Shown here one piece after another: positions 1-11,790 of a stretch of DNA of 64,000 nt. The first letter of the stretch is position 1. Each line of letters begins with the position of its first letter. The translations under genes were made by a program, and so were the position numbers. The stretch lies in assembly GCA_977017645.1 (NCBI GenBank), contig OZ360229.1, positions 108,934,001 through 108,998,000 on the forward strand. The letters run 5' to 3'. A model generated the notes under the pieces. That model made no database searches. It was not told the DNA's origin and saw only the letters and a list, made by a program, of their open reading frames with translations. This stretch comes from Torpedo marmorata. Taxonomy: Eukaryota.

Positions 1-57
1 TCAGGCCTTATTGTGTGCAAAGTCTTGACACTTTTGTCATAAACTGTACAAAACCTA

Positions 58-410
58 ATCGAGGACATCTACATGAGGCGGTGTCTTAAAAAAACAGCCT
101 CTATCCTCAAAGACCCCCACCACCCAGGCCATGCCCTCTTCACTCTGCTTCCATCGGGAAAAAGGTACAGGAGCCTAAAGACGAGCACTCAACGGCACAA
201 GGACAGCTTCTTCCCCGCTGCCATCAGATTCCTGAATAATCAATGAACAAAGACACTGCCTTACTTTTAGTGCACTATTGTTTATAATTTTTTATAGTAA
301 TGTCATTAGATGGTTAATATGAATGTTAATTGCACTATGATGCTGCCGCAAACACAGCGAATTTCATGACTTGTTCATGACAATAAATTCTGATTCTGAT
401 TCTGATTCTG
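58..410 (+). mobile_element. 5'-truncated Rex1/Babar-type LINE 3' end with (TTCTGA)n tail
   Basis: Nearly identical to the reverse complement of 40661-41010. Encodes [40 protein letters not shown]. Ends AATAAA-TTCTGATTCTGATTCTG. Confidence 0.9.
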
Positions 411-683
411 GTTGGAGTTGCTTTGTGTACACTATATAACAAAATAGTAAACCTTATTATAGTGATTGCATTTCACTTTTTTCCATGCTGAACTTGTGGT
501 ATGTGTAGCATTATTGCACAATTGGATCTCTTTTTTAAAAAAATGCAAAAATGATTAAATATGTGTTAGAAATAAAGTGCAACAGTAGTATTCAAGCCTA
601 TCACTGAACCTGATTGTTTCCTGATGCATGGTTAGTTACTGACAAGCAAACCTTTGCCATGCTGGTAAATGGAGGAGTGTCAG

Positions 684-1400
684 GCATAGAACAGTGTATC
701 ACAGGAACAAATCCGACCGCCCACCATGTCTGTGCCAATCATGATGCCGATCTAATTAAACTCATCTGCATGCTCATGCTCTGTGTCCCTCTATTTCCTG
801 CCTGTTCACATGTCTCTCTTGACTCTCTAGTCTAAACACTTCTTAAAATTCTTGATCATATCTGCCTCTACCACTTCACCTGGCTGTGTAACAGCTGCAT
901 AACCAGAGGCCACAGTTTAAGAATAAGGGGTAGGCCATTTAGAACTTTTTCACCCAGAGAGTTGTGGATCTGTGGAATGCTCTGCCTCAGAAGGCAGTGG
1001 AGGCAAATTCTCTGGATGCTTTCAAGAAAGAGTTAGAAAGAGCTCTTAAAGATAGCGGAGTCAAGGGATATGGGGAGAAGGCAGGAACGGGTATTTGATA
1101 GTGGATGATTAGCCATGATCACAGTGAATGGCGGTGCTGGCTCGAAGGGCCGAATGGCCTACTCCTGCACCTATTGTCTATTGTATTCTAAGCATCGACC
1201 TCTCTCTATGTAAAAAGTTGTCTCGCAATTTTTTCCCTTCTCACTTCTGCCCTCTAATATTTGACATTTCACCTCTACAAAACAAACTCAGAATATCTAC
1301 CCTATATATACCACTCAAAAATCAATATATTTCTATCAGGTTGCCCTCAGCTTCTGACACTCCAGAAAAAACAACTCAAATTTGTCCTACCTTTCCAATC
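684..1400 (-). mobile_element. Old CR1-type LINE 3' fragment interrupted by a younger CR1 piece
   Basis: Degenerate antisense CR1 3'UTR-like sequence (atagaacagtgtatcacaggaac...catgtctgtgcc) at ~684-890 resumes at ~1186-1400. Confidence 0.55.
900..1185 (+). mobile_element. CR1/HER1-type LINE 3' end
   Basis: accagaggccacagtttaagaataagggg...gaatggcggtgctggctcgaagggccgaatggcctactcctgcacctattgtctattg is the typical elasmobranch CR1 3' terminus. Confidence 0.85.
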
Positions 1401-2276
1401 TGGACCTGAAATGAACTCTCCAATGCAGTCACAGAACAGCTGCATAAAAGACCATCAGGAAGGTGCGGCAGAACAAGGGACAGAGGAACATGATGATGTT
1501 TGATATAAACGGGCAGCCACAACCCCCATGCCATCATCAGTCCATTTGGACTTCTATCTCTTGAGTGCCGTTGTGAGATGGGGAATCGTCACTCAGGGAG
1601 AGATGTGGCCCTGATGTGCAGAATGTTAATCAATCAATTAATAAGTGTAGAAAATTGAGGCTGGCAGATGCTGAGTGAAGGATATCAATGTCAGAATGGA
1701 TCTGCTTAATTGGTCGCCGCCAAGTTCTGTGTGCTTTCCATCTAATCGCAGGTTGCTGTCAAAACCTCCAATTTATGCTGGCAAGGTAGAATATCTGTGA
1801 CTTGTGACATTACATGTTGCGTGACTAGCGCTGGAAAAATGCTAAACATGCCAAGGTGAATTGCATTCCTAAGAGATCAAGCCAATTTCCTGACTGGTGT
1901 GATTTCACATGAAAATCAAAACTAACTTGGGTTATGCATGATCTTATGTAGGATTTGCTCATGAAAAGCCAGCACGAGGGATCCTATTTCTAGACAGTAC
2001 TTCGTAAACTTTTTTCTGGAACTAGCACAGAGAAAATACTGCTCTGATGTGTCACACTGAAGTATCAAGCAACGATTAAGATGTGCAAAGGGAATTGAAA
2101 AAGAAAAGCATACTCTTTCAAAGTATTTCTTTGTAATATGTGTTAATTAGTTGTTTTGGAATTACTTTTGGTGTGAATGATGGGAAATTAAATAATTAGC
2201 ACCACTACTGTGGCAAAAATACAAGTCCTTCTTTGTATGCTTGCTTAAGCACTTTATCTTCACTTAACTAACATTA

Positions 2277-2870
2277 ACCCTTTTTATGGTACAACCCCGC
2301 ATTAAAGCCGGCTCAAGGAAAAAAATAAAAAGGTGAAATTACTTTTTATGGTGACGACCTCTATGGCATTTCCAGCGTTGTCTTTATGCTGAGCTGCATT
2401 GGGACCCGGCTTCTCGATCTGAGGGAGGCGGGGTGAGTGGTGCAGTAGCGCCGCCCGCCACCATGACGTCAAACTTACGTGCCGAGAAGGGAAAGCGGTC
2501 TATACCCGAAATGGCGACCGAAGAGCAGGTAAAAGTACTGGTGGAGATCTGTGCAGGCAGTCTTAGGACTCAGACAGATCTCCTGCGCAGCGTAATTAGC
2601 ACTACAGGTTATTTAAAAATCACGCTCCTGGGTCGCGAGCTGAAGGCGTCATCGCAACATCATCAGCCCTCCTCTTTGCAGCCGCTTTCAGTGGCTTTCG
2701 TTTTATGGCGAAGGTGGACAGATTCTCTCCACCTCTGTGTGTACCCTCCTAGGCGGATCGGTGTTCGACTGGCCAATCCGCCATCGGACTTTTTATGGAG
2801 GTAAGTGAGGTGACTTAAAGACAGAAATGTTCTGTCTTTACAGTCGCTTTTTTTGCACTATAAAAGGGGC
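2277..2870. mobile_element. Non-autonomous TIR DNA element, probably PIF/Harbinger MITE
   Basis: Imperfect TIRs ACCCTTTTTATGGTAC / (revcomp) GCCCCTTTTATAGTGC. Flanked by TTA and TCA (TWA-like 3-bp TSD). Internal TTTTATGG subterminal repeats. CpG-rich compared with its flanks. Confidence 0.6.
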
Positions 2871-3309
2871 TCATGTAGAGTGGCCCCTACACAGGTGCAG
2901 ATGACTCAAACTTCCAGAGCGATATCCTGTGGTTATTGGCAAAATGAACTGATATAAATTTGTTTTGATATTATTTGGACACTTTGGAATGAAATCATTG
3001 CCAAAACAAATCATAGGTGGAACTAGATAATGCAAAGATTGTTGCCAAGTTCCGTCGGTAAAAATAATTCTATTTGCTCAAATAATGTTGAAAACATACA
3101 AGACAAGGAAGCACAATGAGTTGATAGCCACAAAATATATCAGATGCCTATTTGTATATTTCTAAACAACCTTTCACCCTTTAGGGTGATGGCTGAGAAT
3201 GAAAACCATAAGCAATGTCAGTCTGAGTGAAGTTGAAAGTTGGAGAATATATTGTACAACTAGTAAATTACTTTATTTTAAGTGTAGTCACTGTTGCAAA
3301 GGACAGAGT

Positions 3310-3575
3310 AAAACAGCACAGAAACAGGCTCTTTGGCCCTCTGACTCCATGCTGAACCATCAATGGCCCACTTACATTAATCCCATTTCATTTCCCCCAG
3401 GTTCTACAACTAATTTCTGCAGTAGGGGCAATTTACAGTGGCCAAAATCTTACCAGCCTTCATCTTTGGGATGTGGGAAGAAACCTGAACACCAATATGA
3501 AAACCATAAGACAGGAGAACTTACAAATTCTGCACAGACAGAAGTCAGTTGTAGGAAATACTCCAAATTATAGCA
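3310..3575 (-). mobile_element. Degenerate V-SINE (HE1-like)
   Basis: Antisense CR1-derived tail (acagcacagaaacaggctctttggccc) plus a V-domain-like segment (tctttgggatgtgggaagaaacctgaacacc). Confidence 0.7.
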
Positions 3576-5289
3576 CTGTGATTAAGACAAGATAATCTTT
3601 TATCTTTAACGTTGTTAAGGATAGAATTTCTCTTCCTCAAATTAATAATGGGAAAACATGAGAGAGTAAGCAGGGATCATGATTTAATATTTCGGGTGGA
3701 GGAAACCCCAAAAGGTAATATAGCACTAAACAGCCACCTTGATTTCTGCATTCCATGTGAATTAAATCAAAATCTACCCTTGCAGAGTTAGGAATGTTAT
3801 CAATTGAGCCAAAACTGGCATCAGCTACAACACACAGGGAGAGAGGCTGGTAAAGTTACTCACAGTGATATCTGCTTTTGTAAACAAAATTGGGACAAAA
3901 AGAGAGACCTCCTCAAAGGGTTCAGAAAAGGTTATACGCGAAAGAGATAAATCTAGAATATCCTTCATAATCATCTGAACCTTTATCTACTGGCCTAAAA
4001 TCGTTATTTAATGCAAAATTATGTGAACAATGTGAATTTATCCCGGTAGAGTCTTCAAGTGGTATTGCCACACAGAAAATGTTGACTGCAATTTATTCTA
4101 TTGAACTGACATGTGATGTGACATCAGATCAAGGACTGTGATGTACTAACAGGTTAATTGGGAAATAATATTCTCAATATCCTTCAGGCTGACAAAACAA
4201 CATTGTTTCTTATAAAATCCATGCTGTACCATGTGGCAGAAAAACACATTCTCATTATTCACGTTGTTGACATGAAAAAAGGAACTGGAATTAGTTAGGA
4301 TGAAGCAAGAAAGACACTCTTCAGAAAGAAATAAGTTTTAAAAAAAACATTTGGGAGTACATTGTAGTGATGAATTTAAAGGGAAATAAATCCCTGCAGT
4401 TTATACAAATTGTTCAGTTTACGATGCCATCAATACAACAGAATATTATTCATCATGTGTGCATAATCATTCCATGCCATTTGTAACCTCCTTTTGCAAA
4501 TACAACACAATCCAGGTTATCTAATATCCTGCCTGTAATATCTTCCAGACTATTATTTTGTCTTAATCATGTTATGCCACACTGTGTAATATCCCCTATA
4601 CTATTTACTATCCTGTCTGCAATACAATTCCATATACTATGTTTTACCTCTCTATCCCTGTTTTTATTTGATATTCTCTTTTGGGTTAGATTATGTTTTT
4701 TATCTGTTTTCACCAATAATAACCAAAAATACATTTGAAAACCTCCAAGTTTTAATAAAAATTAAATATTTTCCTGGCAAAGGAAAGTAGATGCATGATA
4801 TTTTATATTTCACCAGGCAGTGATGGAGTGACTCCAAAAGGCAGAAAACAATTAGAACAGTCACAACAATGGTAGTTTTGGTCGACTTTAAACATGCAGG
4901 TATTACCAATGCCATGGCTAATTCTTTGTTGAAGTCAAAAGTTGATTTATTTGTCTTAAGGTTCATCTTGTCAATTTTTTTGTCAAATTATAACTCAGTA
5001 TAAAATTACAAGCTAACCAAAGACAAAACAAAACTAACTCTAGCCCTATGTATATGATATTGTCACAATTCCTAGTAAGGATGATTAATTGTGCCACGAT
5101 TACATCTCAGTACCATATTATCAATTCATGACTGCTAACTTGCCCCTGGAAATCTACACTGACACGAATTAACAGAACGACATGGGTTTCAATGAACAAA
5201 ATCAAAATACAAGGGAATGATTATGGGATTAACATGAAGAGTAGTTTGTCATTGTTGTTACCTGGTGATCATTTCCCACACTCTCTCCT

Positions 5290-5416
5290 GTTTCTCCCAC
5301 GTTCCAAAGATGTATGGGGCTACTTGGTAATTGGTCACATGCGCGTATTTAGGCAGTGTGGGCTCGTGGGCCAGAAGGGCCTGTTATCGAGCTGTATCTC
5401 TCAATTAAAAATAAAA
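5290..5416 (+). mobile_element. V-SINE 3' half
   Basis: tttctcccacgttccaaaga...gggctcgtgggccagaagggcctgtta...gctgtatctc resembles the 3' part of 36551-36813. Confidence 0.65.
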
Positions 5417-5825
5417 CTGCAAGAGTAGGATTAAGTGTCCATCTGAAAATGTGATGAAAAGGATCTGCAACTAGTAGAAATAGTGGAAAGCAAATTGTTA
5501 GGATCAACCTGTCTTTACCCTTACGATGGTGATGGCAAGTCATGAGGACAGCAGTTCAGCTTTGTATAAATGAGGAATATCAGCTGATGTGTTATTTTGG
5601 ATTTCTTATTTGTCTCTGTTTTTTTTTAAGTGGCACAATTTAACATTGGATATCCAAATTAAAGTGGGAGGGATATTTTCTTTGATGTGTATCTTTTGTT
5701 TACCATGATCAGAATGCCTGGAGCACATTTGACCTTTGGGGTGGAATGTGCTTCCAGCTCATTGTAGGTTTGTTGAGGGGGCAGCCTTATGAAGGAAGCT
5801 TGAACATAACTGTTACAACAGCATG

Positions 5826-5848
5826 TATATATATATATATATATATAT
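5826..5848. repeat. (AT)n microsatellite
   Basis: Direct inspection of the sequence. Confidence 0.95.
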
Positions 5849-6128
5849 CCTCCCTAACCTTTTGCAATTCAACTTTACTACCTGCTTTGCATGGAAAGGA
5901 GATGCAAATATGAACACGCTCATGAGCAAAGCTAACCACTGATCTAGTGATGGTGGCCAGGTGCTACAGACTGCATATAGGACACGTTTGATATCTAACA
6001 GGACTGGCTTGATTGCTTGGAATTCTTCTGGTTTATTTAATTAATAAATAGAGTGGCAGTGTAGCAGAGACAGTCTTCTTGCAAAGGGATACAAGCAAAA
6101 TTGAGAGAAGAATAACTATACCTTACAG

Positions 6129-7214
6129 TAAAAACACAATGCTGGAGAAACTCAGCAGGTCAAACAGTGTACTTTATATAGCAAAGATAAAGGTACATAA
6201 CCAACGTTTCAGGCTTGAGCCCTTCATCAAGGTATGGACAAAATGTCCTTTTTGTTTTTTTGTAATTTTGTCCATACCTTGATGAAGGGATCAAGCCTAA
6301 AATGTTGGTTATGTATCTATTTGGAAGATGGCGGCGCTGCCGGAGCCACTGTAACGGCAGCGCCGCCGCTGGTGCGGACCCGTGGGGAACGAGGAGCGGA
6401 GATATAGCACACCCGCGGGGTCCAACCGCCCAGTCGACCCGTTAAAGGAGCCGATGGTAGTTTTATTTAAAATCCCGCGACCGCGGGGTCTGCGCCCAAG
6501 ATGGCAGCGCCTCTGATTGGCAGCAGCCACAAGGGGTTGCAGACTCCAGAGGAGCGGAGGACTGGCGCAGAGCACCAGAAAACAGGGAGACCATCCCCCG
6601 TTTGAGAAGGAGAAGCAGAGGAGATGACCCACAGGACGGTGACCACGGCGGTGGACCAGTGAGGGGGCTCTGCGGCTGGAAGACCAATGCATGCGGCGGG
6701 CTGCTGGCGACTCGAGGCGAGGAACCCGCGGAGGCTGTGGGCTGCTGGAGACTGCTGTCGGGAGACTCGCGCCAGGCTGCGGACTGTTGGAGGCTGGCTC
6801 GAACTGGCTGAAGGGGTACCAGGTATTGGAACCGGGATGCGAAGGGGTGCCGAAGGCACCGAAGGGTTCCTGACCGTGTCGGAGGTTCGGATCTGGAGCT
6901 CGGGTTGCCAATGGTTTGGACTGGACTCTGTGTGGCTGCGGAAGCGCTGGAGGCGAATCTACAGACACGGGGTGACTCTGGGGGGACTCTCCTTTGCTTC
7001 TCTTTTTCTGACTGTAAGAGGCGCTTCAGGCAATTTCTGCCGATGGCGAATCTGTCTGCCTTACAGCAGGCAAAAGCAATTTAGTGTAATATGACACTGT
7101 TTTATTGCATGACAAAAAATTGAATCTTGAATCTTGAATCTTTAACTTTGCTAAGTTTCTCCAGCATTGTGTTTTTACTTCAACCACGGTATCAACAGAC
7201 TTCTGTGTTTTACT
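6129..7214. mobile_element. Non-coding palindromic Penelope-derived element (two inverted 3' ends), interrupted by a nested insertion at ~6319-7140
   Basis: Left arm ~6127-6245 is the reverse complement of the right arm (6265-6318 plus 7141-7214). Both resemble the Penelope 3' tail at 49840-49990. The 14-bp direct repeat ACTATACCTTACAG occurs at 6115-6128 and 7215-7228. Confidence 0.85.
6319..7140 (+). mobile_element. Unclassified CpG-rich non-autonomous retroelement, copy 1
   Basis: Collinear with 21822-22670. Starts AAGATGGCGGCG and ends CATGACAA(A/T)AAA-(TTGAATC)n. It splits the right arm of the Penelope palindrome. Confidence 0.8.
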
Positions 7215-9879
7215 ACTATACCTTACAGCACGTTCACAAAATAAAACAATCAAACTTCAAAGTGTACAAGTGATATCTACAGCTTTATATTACTTCATCA
7301 AGTAGCAGATTTGTTTTTATGCAAAGATGGAAGTAATACCTGGAATGGCCAGAAGCAACCCCATGGAAGGATTTTGATCTATCTCATAGCAGCTTTCACT
7401 GGGTATTGGTATGTCTTTATGACAATCAAGGGCAACAACATTAAAAAATGGACCAAAAGAGAGAGCAAGTACATGTTCTTACCTATATGGCAGGTGTACA
7501 TATCTACTGCTGAGAGAGAGATGAACAATCAGACATTGTGTTGATAAGATGAAAGATAATAGATTCACAGTCCTACCAACGTTAAGCTACAATATACCTT
7601 TTTATTCTATAAAAGCATGTAACATGTACTGTTCCATTTTAGGCATTAGTGACATGGTCTATGGAAGCCTGAAGAAAAAAGTTTTGTTTTTTTCAGAGGA
7701 TTTAATGTCATTGAGATTTGTATTGCATTTAGTTTGCTGGTTGATCAAGCTATTGGACCTCACACTCCTAAGCTGTATCCTATCCAAGTACTGAGCAAGT
7801 CTGCAGTTGGATGTAAATTTCCAAAACATTTCCTCAGCTGTCACCTCTGCAAAGACCCAGAAACTCCAAGGGAATTTATCATCTTTGTTTTTACACAACT
7901 ATTCCCTCCCTTATTAAACTACAAAAAGGTTGACCCCGGTGAAGTCGATGGATCCAGTTTGTAAAAGGATACAAGAATGCACTATGAATTGATGTGTACC
8001 CTGGACAGTGAAACTTGAATGGTTGGAATTTGAACAAAAATTGCAAGTGACGCTTCACTCCCAGCTACACATCAGCAAGATATTCCAACTGTCGGCAATA
8101 TTTCCCATGATGCCATTTTCTTTAAAGTGATAAGAAGCAATCAACATCAATTCACTTAGATGGGCCAAGAATTTAAATTTTCCTGTTTTGATTTCAGGCT
8201 TAAGGTTCTCCCAACTCAAACATTTTTATGCACTGTTGACAGTATATTGCACAGAAGCCCATTTGAAATGCAAATTTTGGAATTTTCTTCAGCAAACCTA
8301 AACATCCTTTTCCAATATTTAATGACCAAAGTAGCATCCTGAAATTAGGGTCACCTTGATATTAGCTGGAGTGATCAATTTTAAAGTTTGTTTAATCACA
8401 TTCTGAAAGCAGATCAATTCTTTACCTGATAATAAACAGCAGATCTGGATGTCGACCAATTATGAGGATTTAATTTCTTTTGAAAATCTTGCATAAGATA
8501 TCTGGAGATGAAACTGTCATGCTCAAAGGGAGAGGGGAGCTGGATAAATTTGTGACAATCAATCATCTGAATTTGGCTGATATCTGTGGCCATTTCTGAT
8601 CCCTTGAACATCATGGAAAATGAATCTCCCAACAGTGCAAAAGAGACTGCTCAGAAGCTCAAGTTAAGGCACTGAGAGAGAATGGCCCAGTCAGGCCAGC
8701 TCTCTGATTCCTTCCTTTTGGGGGAGAAAGCCCACCTCTACTCCTACTATAGACACCGGCTCTATAATTAGAATACTATGTCAGTGGGTGGGCATAAGAG
8801 TGAGCTAAAAACTCACCCACTCTTCAAGAAATAAGATGAAGTGTTACTTTTAATCTCAAGTACCAGATTGAACTTCGATCGGCTGATTTCTCGCTCATTC
8901 TGGGTAGGAAGTTGGAAGACAATTGCACTGAAAAACCCAAAAGCTAAATTGGTTGCCAAGGAATTCTTGCATGAATGAAAGAATGGGGTGAGTAGTCAAT
9001 GTTGTTTAGACTTTCCTTGTGTGATTTGCAGGAAATATTATTGATCCTCCCAAACCTACAAGGAAAATAAAATGGCTAATGTACTCATTCACTGCTGGTT
9101 TGACTGTAACCCCACTGCCTCTTCATGCACTCAGTTAAAATCTGGCTCTGACGTTATTACTGAAGCCAACACCACATGTCAAGAAGGAGTCACCAGCCAA
9201 GGAGCCAAGTCTCCTTGCTTCCTGATAAGTTTGACTGACATCTTCCAGATATGCAAATGACTTGCTCGACCCACACACTAAGGTGAGAAAACTGCATTAC
9301 ATGCCTCCAAGAACTGTCTGAAAAAATATTAAATTACAGTATTTTCAGAAATAATGTCAACATTTCCAAAGGCAATTTCAAGACTTCAAGTATTAAATAA
9401 AAACTAGAGGTGTCACAGGAAAGATCACACATTATTTGGCCATTATTTTGAAGGAAAGAATCAGAATTTCTATTTTCCTGCTGAAGATAGGATTTGCAGA
9501 GTTTTAACACAGACACACCCTCCATTTCACCCCCACCAGTTTTCACTCCTGCTCTGCTGAATGTTCATGACTTCCTATGTGGTACACTTCCTGCAGCAAC
9601 AGCCTCTTACTGTTCCTCATCTATGTGGAGGAAACATTTATGTAGCCTGATCTGTCATAGAGCTTCAAAGATGCCTGATTCTGACATAATAAAGTGCACA
9701 TCTGGTGCAGCAGTCACTGAATAACAATGATTAAGAATGATTGCTATTTACCTTTCTCTCTCAGTTGTGTTGAGTCAAATTGTTGCACTGACAAGGACCT
9801 TTGGGCCCGGTTCACTCAGTGAATCAGTACCAAGCTAGCTGAGAAGCAAAATATTCACAGGGAATTAAAATTAAAAGTT

Positions 9880-10570
9880 TGGAGGCAGAGTGATTTGTGA
9901 GGAGGTGAACAATGGACATCGGTAAGATATAAGTAAGTTAGTAGCAGAGAGGATGAATGGCAAATGAGTCTTAATGATGTGACATGTGGTTTCATTTTGG
10001 GAGAAGGAATGAGGTAATATAAGCTAAAGGGTAAGTTCTAAAAGAACTACAAGAACGGAGAGCTCTGGGGCATGTCTACATTGTTAACTGCATGTAATAG
10101 GGCAAGTTGAAATAGTACTTAAAAAGAAGAGAGCCCTCGTCATTACAAAAAGGGGGAAAGATCGTGCATATTGGACCTTTATTAAATACAGGTCAAGCCA
10201 TAAATGGAGCTGGGTGCCACAGCTCAAGGAAAGAGTAATGGCTTTAGAAAGGGTGCAGAGAAGATTGATTAGTGTGATTCGAGGGATGAGAACTCGGATC
10301 GATTGGGGCTCTTCTGATTCAAGGGCATCTGTTAAAAGTACAGTATTTGAAATCATAAGGATACAGACAGTGCAGATGGAGAGAAACAAAGGGGTCAAGA
10401 ACCAAAGGACATGGAATGACAGGGTATGGAATGCAAATGTAACATTCAAGAAGCTGGATAGGTATACGAGTAGAAATAATTTGTAGGGCTATGTGCAAAG
10501 ATTGGGTCTATGTTGTCCAACTGGATTCTTCTTGCAGAGAAATAGCACAGAATCAATGGGCAGAAATGAT
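9880..10570 (+). mobile_element. Old degenerate CR1 LINE (RT C-terminus and 3'UTR)
   Basis: Residual ALERVQRRLISVIRGM motif in ORF 10214-10486 is typical of the CR1 ORF2 C-terminus. Confidence 0.75.
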
Positions 10571-10654
10571 AGAATGTAAAGAAAGGGGTTGCATTTTGAG
10601 ATGAAAAAAGGACGAGTACTTGAGAAAGATGGAAACCATGAACTGCCTGTGGAA

Positions 10655-11790
10655 ATAAACTGCCACATTCTAGATGGCTTCCTCAGCCTGTGCTGCCTCA
10701 GTTAATCGTGGGTGCCACCAAGTTCTTAACAAAACATTACTCATTCCCCTCTTGCCAAGATAAGTGTCAGTATGCAAACAATCAATAAGTAAAGGCAAAA
10801 GAACATTGGGTATACAGACCTGGCCCACTGGGGTAACCCAGAGATCAGTGGACACAGAGTGGGAACACCCATGTGTCTCCCATAACAGCTTTTCATTTTC
10901 AGGGGCATCCCCCTGTAATTGTATTATCTTAGTCATGTCTGGTTTACCCTTTTCTGGTGGTGAATCGGTAGCTTGAATCACAGCTACATGATCACGTCAA
11001 AACGACATTTTGTGCCTCATGGGAGGCCAATTTAGCAGTGGCATCGGCCCACTTGCTTGCCTGCGTGACTGAGGTGTCATCCTGTAGGTGTGCCGAGCAT
11101 TTTACAATCGCCAAGTGTTTGGGTAAGAGTATAGCCTGAAGTAAATTTTTAACATATGCGGCATTCTGAATGGAACTCCCTGTAGAGGTCAAGAAACCTC
11201 GGTGAGACCACAAAGTTCCAAAGTCATGTGCTACCCCAAAGGCGTAGCGGGAATCAGTATAAATAGTTGCTTCTCTATCTGAGGCCAAAATGCAAGCACG
11301 GGTGAGAGCAAACAATTCTGCTTTCTGGGCGGATATGGGAGGTTGGAGGGCAGAAGATTCAATGGTCTGTTTGCCGTCTACAATGGCATATCCACTCAAC
11401 CGGTCCCCCCTTTCGGAGACAGACAATGTACCGTCCACATAAAAGGTGACCTCTGCTTTGGCTAAAGGTATGTCCTGTAGGTCAGGGCGGGGAGAGGTCA
11501 GGAAGTGGTTTCGGGATAGACAGTCATGGGATGGTCCTGGGAGTTCACTAGGAGGGTCTGTTAAAAATGTCGCTGGATTAATGCTTGTGGAGAAAGCAAA
11601 GGAAAGAGGAGGGTTATGAAGGAGTGCTACCTCGTAGCGATTGAGACATGTCTGGGTAAGATGTTGGGTTTGGTGAGATGTGAGAAGTGCTGTAATGGTG
11701 TGTGTGGAATAAATCACCACTGGTTGATGCAGAGTAATGTTAGCTGCAGCTGTAACAAGAGAATAAATAGCTGGTAGGACCTGAGTGCTT
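10655..11790 (-). pseudogene. pol: Endogenous retrovirus pol fragment (connection, RNase H, integrase N-terminus), class I / epsilon-like
   Basis: RNase H motifs FYVDG, SAQKAELFALTRAC, IYTDSRYAFG and RGFLTS. These are followed after a frameshift by the integrase Zn-finger start (CLHTDTYLG...WWHP). No flanking LTR seen. Confidence 0.9.

Noticed and set aside
6309-6968. 219-aa ORF (and the 321-aa ORF at 21743-22708) as a novel protein gene
   Set aside because: These are antisense, Pro/Ser/Arg-rich frames in a GC-rich repeat, and the two copies shift frame relative to each other.
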